From contig JBAZUC010000001.1 of the NCBI GenBank assembly GCA_041661585.1, positions 1-38,128 on the forward strand: a stretch of DNA of 38,128 nucleotides, given 5' to 3'. Both the position numbers and the translations under genes were made by a program. Positions 1 to 7,298 of this stretch are shown here, in pieces. The DNA is from Parcubacteria group bacterium (GTDB lineage Bacteria > Patescibacteriota > Minisyncoccia > Moranbacterales > UBA11712). The notes beneath the pieces were generated by a model. The model had not been told where the DNA came from. It did not search any database and worked only from the letters and a program-made list of their open reading frames with translations. Every line of letters begins with the position of its first letter. Positions within the stretch are counted from its first letter, which is position 1.

Positions 1-1
1 G

Positions 2-1189
2 GATTTGGGACTGCGCGGACTGGCCTATGACAAGCTGATAGAACAAATGAAAAACCCGAACGGAATGATCCTCAACACCGGACCGACGGGCAGCGGAAAA
101 ACAACCACCCTCTATGCGGCGATCAATCAACTCAATACCCCCGAAACAAAAATCATCACCGTTGAAGATCCGATCGAATACAAGATCAAAGGAATATCCC
201 AGACGCAAGTCTCAAAATCACGGGGATATACTTTCGCAAACGCCCTGCGCGCCATTGTCCGCCAAGATCCGGATATCATTTTGGTTGGCGAAATTCGGGA
301 TGATGAAACGGCTTCCATTGCCATCCATGCCTCACTCACGGGACACCTGGTGCTTTCCACGATCCACGCAAACAGCTCGATCGAAGCCATTCCCCGAATG
401 GTCGACATGGGGATCAAACCGTCCCTCATCCCGGCCGCCGTGAACGCGATCATTGCCCAGCGCCTAGTGCGAAAGCTTTGCCCGCATTGCAAAGAAAAAT
501 ATGTTCCGGCGCGCGAATCGATCGAGAGCATCAAGAAAATTCTGGCTGTCATTTCCCCGAAAGCCAAACTTGCGATTCCAAAAGTTATAGATTCGTTCTA
601 TCGCGCGAAGGGCTGCTCAAAATGCCACGGACTCGGATACAAAGGGCGAATTGGAATTTTTGAGATTTTCACAATGAACGAAGAGATTTCCCAAAAGATA
701 ATTGAGATGGCACCGGAAGAGGAAACTTTGGCGCTTTCACTCGAGGCCGGAATGATCACCATGCTTCAAGACGGCATTTTGAAATCTCTCGAAGGCAGCA
801 CATCCCTCGAAGAAGTTCAAAGAGTAACCGGGGAGGGAAAATTTTTGGAAGAACTTTATGAGAAAATAATCAGCCAGCTTCTTTTGCGATCCATTGTGAT
901 CACTGCGGAAGATTCAGAAGTCATTTTGGAGGCCAAAAAAGATTTCACAGCTCTCGGAAAATTGATCGCCGGATCATCGATGGAAAATGCTTTGCGATAT
1001 ATCCTCGGAGTGGGCCTTTGGCTCGATGCCGGAGACATTCATATCGAGCCGGAAGAAGCTTCGGTGAAGATCCGCTACCGGATTGACGGGATATTGCAAG
1101 ATTTTGCTTCACTTCCAATGAATGAATATCCGCACTTTTTGGGAAACATCAAAATTTTGAGCGGATTCAAAGCGACGGACGTCGAGTAA
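2..1189 (+). CDS. GspE/PilB-family secretion/type IV pilus ATPase, copy 1 (5' end off-window). It runs without a stop into the N-domain of a second copy and ends at in-frame TAA 1187-1189.
   Basis: The frame is open from the window edge. Motifs: Walker [41 protein letters not shown], tetracysteine CPHC..CSKC. The family-typical C-terminus [11 protein letters not shown] (~nt 800-838) is not followed by a stop. The frame continues into [21 protein letters not shown], an N-domain motif. Confidence 0.85.
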   Translation, partial: DLGLRGLAYDKLIEQMKNPNGMILNTGPTGSGKTTTLYAAINQLNTPETKIITVEDPIEYKIKGISQTQVSKSRGYTFANALRAIVRQDPDIILVGEIRDDETASIAIHASLTGHLVLSTIHANSSIEAIPRMVDMGIKPSLIPAAVNAIIAQRLVRKLCPHCKEKYVPARESIESIKKILAVISPKAKLAIPKVIDSFYRAKGCSKCHGLGYKGRIGIFEIFTMNEEISQKIIEMAPEEETLALSLEAGMITMLQDGILKSLEGSTSLEEVQRVTGEGKFLEELYEKIISQLLLRSIVITAEDSEVILEAKKDFTALGKLIAGSSMENALRYILGVGLWLDAGDIHIEPEEASVKIRYRIDGILQDFASLPMNEYPHFLGNIKILSGFKATDVE

Positions 1190-1192
1190 GGC

Positions 1193-2188
1193 GTGAAAGA
1201 CAGCCGATTTGGAATTCATCTTGACGAAGGTGCTCTCGAGGAAGTAAAAGACCGCGAAGTGGATGTTCGTGTTTCCATCATCTTGGGCGGGTATGGCGAA
1301 ACGGTCGTGATGCGGCTACTCAACCAGTCGGCCGGAGCTCTTGACCTTGAAAAATTGGGCATCCGAAAACAAAATCTCGACTTGCTTCTTGCGCAGTCAA
1401 AAAAACCAAACGGAGTGATCCTCAACACCGGACCGACCGGCAGCGGAAAAACAACCACCCTCTATTCTCTGCTTGCCATTCTCAATAAGCCGGGTGTGAA
1501 AATTATTACCGTAGAAGATCCGATCGAATATCGCCTCAAGGGCATTTTGCAAACGCAAACAGATGACAAAAAGGGCTATAGCTTCCCGAAAGCTCTCCGC
1601 GCTCTTCTTCGCCAAAATCCCGACATTATGATGATCGGTGAAATCCGCGATGATGAAACGGCCCAGATCGCCGTGCAAGCTTCGCTCACTGGACACCTGG
1701 TGCTTTCCACGCTTCACACAAACAACGCATCGGGGTCTGTCCAGCGCCTCATAAATATGGGTGTTTCTCCGACTGACATCGCATCTTCAGTCAACGCTTT
1801 TATGGCTCAACGTTTAGTACGGACACTTTGCCCAGAATGCAAGAAAAAAATCACTCCCAGCTCTGAAGTGAAAACGCATATCGAAAAAATTCTGCATAGT
1901 ATTTCTCCAAAAGCGGAAATTGAAGTTCCAAAAGAAATTGGAGATATTTTTGAAGCCGTCGGCTGCCTAAGGTGCAACAACATCGGCTACAAGGGCCGGA
2001 CAACCGTGAGCGAAGTTCTTTCAATGACGAAAGAAATGGAAGAACTGATAACAAAACAGCCAACCACTTCAGAAGTCGAAGAGTTGGCTATTTCCCAAGG
2101 TATGATCACTATGCCCCAAGACGGAATTTTAAAAGTCCTTGAAGGCATTACAACAATGGAAGAGGTGGAACGGGTAACGGATGAGTAG
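1193..2188 (+). CDS. GspE/PilB-family ATPase, copy 2 (the part downstream of the in-frame TAA)
   Basis: Same frame as the previous ORF, separated only by TAA plus GGC. The GTG at 1193 is just the ORF-finder start, and no SD precedes it. Motifs: [76 protein letters not shown]. It ends EEVERVTDE-TAG. Confidence 0.8.
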   Translation: MKDSRFGIHLDEGALEEVKDREVDVRVSIILGGYGETVVMRLLNQSAGALDLEKLGIRKQNLDLLLAQSKKPNGVILNTGPTGSGKTTTLYSLLAILNKPGVKIITVEDPIEYRLKGILQTQTDDKKGYSFPKALRALLRQNPDIMMIGEIRDDETAQIAVQASLTGHLVLSTLHTNNASGSVQRLINMGVSPTDIASSVNAFMAQRLVRTLCPECKKKITPSSEVKTHIEKILHSISPKAEIEVPKEIGDIFEAVGCLRCNNIGYKGRTTVSEVLSMTKEMEELITKQPTTSEVEELAISQGMITMPQDGILKVLEGITTMEEVERVTDE

Positions 2189-2200
2189 AAAATAAAAAAA

Positions 2201-2521
2201 CCCTCTGAAATGCAGGCAAATTCCCGCAACTAGGGAATCGCGGGGTAGGAACAGTGCCGAGGAGAAGTTCAGCCGAAACCGAACAATCCGTGTCTGGGCA
2301 AGAAAGTTCCCGGTAGGAAAGTTACGAGCTCCCCTTATTATGCCTGCAAATCGGAAGGTTTTAATGAAAAAAATGCTTTATTCAAGGCAATATGCGGAAT
2401 TTTTTAAGTAGGTTGCCGATTTTCCCTCGAAACAGGCGCGCGTTACTTTCAAAACTCTGAATATTGCCTTGCAAATGCACTATCAACCAGATTTAACAGC
2501 TTATCACAGGCTGTTTTTTTT
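2201..2521 (+). ncRNA. Candidate structured non-coding RNA(s) of unknown family
   Basis: About 330 nt with no ORF in an otherwise tightly packed region. A long-range stem pairs 2201-2218 with 2341-2358 (core tgcaggca/tgcctgca) and encloses hairpin 2220-2238. A second perfect 11-bp long-range stem pairs 2383-2393 with 2461-2471. A weak hairpin plus T8 lies at 2495-2521. Confidence 0.2.
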
Positions 2522-2548
2522 GTCAAGCGGAAAAAAATAGGCTATACT
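2520..2548 (+). promoter_or_regulatory. Sigma70-like promoter of ruvB (TTGTCA-N17-TATACT); the mRNA would be leaderless or nearly so
   Basis: TTGTCA at 2520-2525, a 17-nt spacer, TATACT at 2543-2548. The ruvB ATG at 2556 is only 7 nt after the -10 box, and there is no SD. Confidence 0.5.
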
Positions 2549-2555
2549 AGCAATA

Positions 2556-3563
2556 ATGATTACCTCTTCAAACGAACAAATTGACGATACAAAGCTGGAT
2601 ATCACTCTTCGGCCGCAAAGTTTCGGAGAATATTTCGGGCAAGCCAAAACGAAGAAAAATCTGCGTATTTTGATAGATGCCGCCAAGAAAAGGAAGGAGC
2701 CGATTGAACACGTTTTGCTCTATGGCCCCGCCGGTCTCGGTAAAACGACACTGGCGCACATCATTGCCAACGAAATGGGCGCCAATATTCGAGTCACCTC
2801 CGGCCCGGCTATTGAAAAAGTGGGTGATCTCGGGTCAATTCTCACCAATCTGGGCGACGGCGACATCCTTTTCATCGACGAAATTCACCGCCTCAACAAA
2901 TTGATTGAAGAAGTTCTTTATCCCGCTATGGAAGATTTCAAACTGGATATCATCATCGGGAAAGGCCCATCCGCAAAAACTTTGCAACTCGATCTCCCCC
3001 GCTTCACTTTGATAGGAGCTACTACGCGTTTGGGCGCGATTTCCTCACCTCTTCGCAACCGCTTCGGCGTCATCAACCGGCTGGAGTTCTATGAAAACGA
3101 CGAAATTGAAAGCATTGTGCATCGCTCTTCGAAAATACTTTCCGCTCCGATCGACAGCGCCGGCGCCAAAACCGTTTCGAAGTCGAGTCGCCGCACCCCG
3201 CGAGTCGCCAACCGGCTTCTGAAACGCGTCCGCGATTTCACACAAGTGAATGATAGCGACACGATCACGGAAGAACTCTGCCGCGCCGCTTTTGCCAATC
3301 TCGAGATCGACGAACTGGGGCTTGAGCCGACGGACAGGCAGATTTTGCGAACGATCATCGAAAAATTCAACGGCGGTCCGGTCGGAATTTCAACCATCGC
3401 CGCCGCGACAAGCGAAGAAATTGAAACGATCGAGGATGTCTATGAGCCCTTTCTCCTCCAGATCGGATTTCTGACTCGCACCCCCCGCGGCCGCATGGCA
3501 ACGGAAGCGGCTTACAAACATTTGGGACTCAAGTATAATAAAGAGCAGGATAAACTATTCTAA
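2556..3563 (+). CDS. ruvB: Holliday junction branch migration ATPase RuvB
   Basis: [12 protein letters not shown], Walker [15 protein letters not shown], Walker [35 protein letters not shown]. Confidence 0.97.
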   Translation: MITSSNEQIDDTKLDITLRPQSFGEYFGQAKTKKNLRILIDAAKKRKEPIEHVLLYGPAGLGKTTLAHIIANEMGANIRVTSGPAIEKVGDLGSILTNLGDGDILFIDEIHRLNKLIEEVLYPAMEDFKLDIIIGKGPSAKTLQLDLPRFTLIGATTRLGAISSPLRNRFGVINRLEFYENDEIESIVHRSSKILSAPIDSAGAKTVSKSSRRTPRVANRLLKRVRDFTQVNDSDTITEELCRAAFANLEIDELGLEPTDRQILRTIIEKFNGGPVGISTIAAATSEEIETIEDVYEPFLLQIGFLTRTPRGRMATEAAYKHLGLKYNKEQDKLF

Positions 3564-3569
3564 AAACAT

Positions 3570-4208
3570 ATGACACTCAAAAAAGGCATTGTCTGGTCGC
3601 AGAAAAAAATGCGGCCGCAAAGCGTGAGACTGGCCGGCGGAAAATACAACCCGATAATGCAAAAAGTGATGAGCAATCAAAAAATTGCCAAAGCGCTTGA
3701 CCAACCGAGGGAGCGAAAGGAATTTTTTGGAATGCTCAAAAGCGTGTCCAAGGACGGAGTCTATCAAAAAGAGCTGCGCAAGCTTTTCGGCGATCTCCGG
3801 TCGGGCAAAGTCAGAAGCCGGACCATCAACGCAAAGGAGCTCCGCACAATCGCCAAAGAGATTTTTCCGGACAGCAAAAGAAGATACATTTTTTCGGGAC
3901 CGGCAGCGACGGAAAAATCAGGGAGCACATATACGCAGGTTGATCCCTCCGCAAAAAATTCCGCTTCGGAAAACACGAACGCCGGACGCCAATCTTCATT
4001 CATCCGGTACAAGCCGAAAAAAGTGTCCGCCCGCGCGACAAGTTCTCCGGCGCAAGGCGTCGCTTCTCTCACACCTGCAAAAATGGCGACAATTATGAAT
4101 AGAATAAGGGAAAATGGAGGAGGAAGTTCGGAAAACGAAGGAAACGACCAGCCAAAAGGAGATTTTTCACGAGCAATGGAAGCCACAAAAAAAAGTAATC
4201 GAGGATAA
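3570..4208 (+). CDS. Hypothetical basic Lys/Arg/Ser-rich protein
   Basis: 212-aa ORF starting 7 nt after the ruvB stop. No recognisable motifs. Low-complexity sequence with overlapping alternative-frame ORFs. Confidence 0.45.
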   Translation: MTLKKGIVWSQKKMRPQSVRLAGGKYNPIMQKVMSNQKIAKALDQPRERKEFFGMLKSVSKDGVYQKELRKLFGDLRSGKVRSRTINAKELRTIAKEIFPDSKRRYIFSGPAATEKSGSTYTQVDPSAKNSASENTNAGRQSSFIRYKPKKVSARATSSPAQGVASLTPAKMATIMNRIRENGGGSSENEGNDQPKGDFSRAMEATKKSNRG

Positions 4209-4237
4209 ATCGCAAAAATAAAAATTAATAAAAAAAT

Positions 4238-5176
4238 ATGTTCGGGAACATCAATATCGCCACTATAGTCCTCACTGTCACCGGCCTTTGCCTTTTCGAA
4301 ATCGTTTCGAGCATCGACAATGCCGTCATCAACGCCGAAGTTCTTTCAACTATGTCCAAAAAATCCCGAAAATGGTTTTTGTTTTGGGGTCTTTTGTTCG
4401 CGGTGATCGTCGTCCGCGGGCTTTTGCCGTGGGTGATCGTTTGGGCGACAAACTCGTCGCTCGGACCAATCGGCGCGCTCACGGCTACTTTCAGTAATGA
4501 TCCTTCAGTCAAAGAGGCTATCGACTCCTCGGCTCCGATCCTTCTCGCCGGTGGCGGAACATTTCTCGTTTTTCTTTTTTTCCACTGGCTTTTCATTGAA
4601 CCAAAAACATATGGCCTGCGCGGAGAACGTTTTTTTCATTCTCAAGGAATTTGGTTTTTCGCGGTAGCCTCAATTTTTCTGGCAATCATTGTTTGGTCGG
4701 CATTGAAAATAAACCCGATGATGGCGTTCGGAGCGGTGATCGGCTCAACCGCCTTTTTCATCACGCACGGATTCAAACAAAACGCCGAGCAGCAAGAAAA
4801 GAAATTGACTTCCGGCAAAAGCAAATTGTCGGATATGAGCAAGATCTTGTATCTCGAAGTCATCGACACGACTTTTTCCATCGACGGAGTGCTGGGAGCC
4901 TTTGCTTTCACGCTTTCTGTTCCCTTGATCTTGATCGGCAACGGAATCGGCGCCCTTGTTTTGCGCCAGCTCACGGTCGGCAACATCGACCGAATCAAAA
5001 AATACGTTTTTCTCAAAAACGGCGCGATGTATTCCATACTTTTCCTGGGCTTGATCATGATTCTCGACAGCTTCGGCTTCCATATCCCCAGCTGGGTTTC
5101 GCCGGTCGCGACATTCGCGATCATCGGATATTTTTTCTTTCTTTCAAAAAGAGAATTGCAAGTTGCCAAGCATTAA
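4238..5176 (+). CDS. TerC/DUF475-like integral membrane protein
   Basis: Multi-pass hydrophobic profile. The N-terminal EIVSSIDNAVINAEVL is the TerC/DUF475 signature as I recall it. Confidence 0.65.
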   Translation: MFGNINIATIVLTVTGLCLFEIVSSIDNAVINAEVLSTMSKKSRKWFLFWGLLFAVIVVRGLLPWVIVWATNSSLGPIGALTATFSNDPSVKEAIDSSAPILLAGGGTFLVFLFFHWLFIEPKTYGLRGERFFHSQGIWFFAVASIFLAIIVWSALKINPMMAFGAVIGSTAFFITHGFKQNAEQQEKKLTSGKSKLSDMSKILYLEVIDTTFSIDGVLGAFAFTLSVPLILIGNGIGALVLRQLTVGNIDRIKKYVFLKNGAMYSILFLGLIMILDSFGFHIPSWVSPVATFAIIGYFFFLSKRELQVAKH

Positions 5177-5191
5177 TATTATAATTGGTAT

Positions 5192-5413
5192 ATGTCCTCC
5201 ATCATCCTCCTTCTCTATTCCGTCCTTGTCATCATTTTCATCGCCTTCGGCGCGGCGATTGTTTTTCATTTGCTCTATTACAAGATCAATCGCCATGTTT
5301 CCGGAGTTATGTCGCTGATGTATGTTGCCGGCGCCGTTTTGTTGATCATTTCAAATTTTATTTTGTTCAGGCAGGTGAATTGGGAACAATTGTTTTCAGG
5401 ACTTAAGTTATAA
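5192..5413 (+). CDS. Small two-TM membrane protein
   Basis: 73-aa ORF with two hydrophobic segments, tightly spaced between its neighbours. Confidence 0.45.
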   Translation: MSSIILLLYSVLVIIFIAFGAAIVFHLLYYKINRHVSGVMSLMYVAGAVLLIISNFILFRQVNWEQLFSGLKL

Positions 5414-5416
5414 TAT

Positions 5417-5983
5417 ATGTTTGGAGAAATAAATTTTCCGGGACAGCACGACGATGAACAGGTGATTCTTTTTCTGCGCCGGCATTGGTTCATATTTTTG
5501 ATGCGTTTGTTTCTCATCATCACCGCCATCATCGGCCTCATTTTGATATACGTTTTTTTCAATCTTTTCACGGACGATTTCTCGAAAAACAGTTATTCCA
5601 GCTTGCTTCTTTTTGGCGAAAGCCTCGGGACAATCTTCATCTGGAATTTGTTTTTCATTCTTTGGATCGACTTTTATCTTGACGCCTGGATCGTCACCAA
5701 CGAACGGATCATCAATATCAGCCAAAAAGGCTTCTTTAATCGCGACATTTCAGAGCTAAAGCTCACCAAAATCCAAGACGTCACTTCAGAGATCGTCGGA
5801 GTTGTCCCGACGCTTCTCAATTATGGAAATATACACGTTCAAACCGCCGCTGAAATCGAACGTTTCACTTTTTATCAAATTCCAAACCCCAACGAGGTGA
5901 AAAACGCGATCGTTCAGCTTCAAGAAAAAGAACGGCATCAGGAAGAAAGAGAGCTGGGTCAAGCTATCCGGGGAAAATTGTAA
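5417..5983 (+). CDS. Membrane protein with a bacterial PH-like (YdbS/YdbT, bPH_2-type) C-terminal domain
   Basis: Two TM helices are followed by WIVTNERIINISQKGFFNRDISELKLTKIQDVTSE..GNIHVQTA, a pattern typical of bPH_2. Confidence 0.55.
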   Translation: MFGEINFPGQHDDEQVILFLRRHWFIFLMRLFLIITAIIGLILIYVFFNLFTDDFSKNSYSSLLLFGESLGTIFIWNLFFILWIDFYLDAWIVTNERIINISQKGFFNRDISELKLTKIQDVTSEIVGVVPTLLNYGNIHVQTAAEIERFTFYQIPNPNEVKNAIVQLQEKERHQEERELGQAIRGKL

Positions 5984-5988
5984 CAGAG

Positions 5989-7194
5989 ATGATTTTCAAA
6001 CACAGACATTTCAAACTGGACACCGCAAGCAAGCGGGTCTTCGACGAAAACAACAAAGAGCTGGCATTAACAGGCAACGCTTATCGTTTGCTTGTTTTTT
6101 TGTGCGACAAGAAAAACGCAACACTGACTGACATAAACGATTTCTTCGACCCGGCGGGAGCCAAAGAATACACCGAAAACCACGTGAGACAATACAGGCA
6201 TAAAATAAATTCCCTCATTGGCTATAATGTAGTCGCATACAAAAACAGCATGTATTCAATAGACAGCCCGATATCGACCGAGACGCTTGAGCGAAAGTGG
6301 AAAAAATTTTCGAGAAAAGAAACAATTGTTATCTCGTCATCGGTAATATTGCTCATAATTTATAGCATACTTACGCTTGGCAACAAAAACAGGGCGGTTG
6401 ATCCGGTTGCCCAGATGAGTTCATCCGAGCAGGCTTCCGCAAGCTCCGCTTCTGCGCCTCAAGATGATATGATTTTGATCCCAGCAGGGGAGTTTCTCAT
6501 GGGCAGCACCCAGCAGCAGATTCTCGAAACCTGGCGCCAAAACGACGGAGGATGGGGGGAAGAGGATTATACTTCAGCGTATCCCCAGCGAAAAACTGCT
6601 CTCGATGATTTTTATATCGACAAAAAAGAAATCTCGAATGGCGATTATAGAATGTTCGTTGAGGCGACCAAGCGCGCCGCTCCCTCGCTATGGGACGACC
6701 ATACGCTCAATTTGCCCAGCCAGCCTGTAGTCGGAGTTGATTGGAACGACGCCGACGCTTATTGCCGCTGGCTTGGAAAGAAACTTCCATCCGAAGCGGA
6801 GTGGGAAAAAGCGGCGCGCGGAACCGACGGCCGAATCTGGCCGTGGGGAAACGCCTGGGATCCGGCAAAAGACAACCACGGAAAAGGCACGGGCACTGGC
6901 CTTGACGAAAGCGACGGCTGGGAATATACGGCGCCTGTCGGCACGGAGCTCGGCGTGAGCCCGTACGGAGCTTTGAATATGGCGGGTAATGTCTATGAAT
7001 GGACGGCTGATGATTTCAAAGCCTATCCGGAAAACGACAAATACATTCAGGACGATTTTGATCAAGGTTTCAAGACATTGCGCGGAGGAGCCTACGACGA
7101 CGGGATAAGCGAACAGCGCGCGTCCACCAGATGCGGCTTCCAGAAAGATTTCAAGGATGCGGATGTCGGTTTCCGCTGCGAACGAGACAAATAA
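5989..7194 (+). CDS. Membrane-tethered one-component regulator: OmpR/CadC-type winged helix + TM + FGE-sulfatase (SUMF1/PvdO-like) domain
   Basis: N-terminus: LALTGNAYRLLVFLCDKKNATLTDINDFF...VRQYRHKINSL (Trans_reg_C-like). TM helix IVISSSVILLIIYSILTL. C-terminus: MILIPAGEFLMGS, VVGVDWNDADAYCRWLGKKLPSEAEWEKAARG, LNMAGNVYEWTAD, LRGGAY, DVGFRCERD. Confidence 0.8.
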   Translation: MIFKHRHFKLDTASKRVFDENNKELALTGNAYRLLVFLCDKKNATLTDINDFFDPAGAKEYTENHVRQYRHKINSLIGYNVVAYKNSMYSIDSPISTETLERKWKKFSRKETIVISSSVILLIIYSILTLGNKNRAVDPVAQMSSSEQASASSASAPQDDMILIPAGEFLMGSTQQQILETWRQNDGGWGEEDYTSAYPQRKTALDDFYIDKKEISNGDYRMFVEATKRAAPSLWDDHTLNLPSQPVVGVDWNDADAYCRWLGKKLPSEAEWEKAARGTDGRIWPWGNAWDPAKDNHGKGTGTGLDESDGWEYTAPVGTELGVSPYGALNMAGNVYEWTADDFKAYPENDKYIQDDFDQGFKTLRGGAYDDGISEQRASTRCGFQKDFKDADVGFRCERDK

Positions 7195-7225
7195 AGGCTT
7201 GTTATTGCCTTATATTTAAACAGCT

Positions 7226-7258
7226 AGACCGTAATACGGATTTATTACGGTCTTTTTT
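7226..7258 (+). terminator. Rho-independent terminator
   Basis: Perfect 10-bp stem agaccgtaat/attacggtct, an 8-nt loop, then T6. Confidence 0.7.
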
Positions 7259-7298
7259 GTTATGATTCGCGTATAATTTATTTTTTAATGAAAAAACC

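Noticed and set aside
1187-1189. Possibility that TAA is reassigned (an alternative genetic code, as in some CPR lineages)
   Set aside because: TAA, TAG and TGA all terminate well-conserved genes at their expected C-termini in this window (for example ruvB TAA, second pilB copy TAG, yebC TGA). Known CPR recoding involves UGA, not UAA.
2201-2358. Identity of the structured spacer as SRP RNA, RNase P RNA, tmRNA or a riboswitch
   Set aside because: I could not find the SRP GGAA-tetraloop/AGCAGC motif, the RNase P GAGGAAAGUCCGG core (only a loose agaaagttcccgg), tmRNA termini or a B12 box. It is left as unclassified rather than named.
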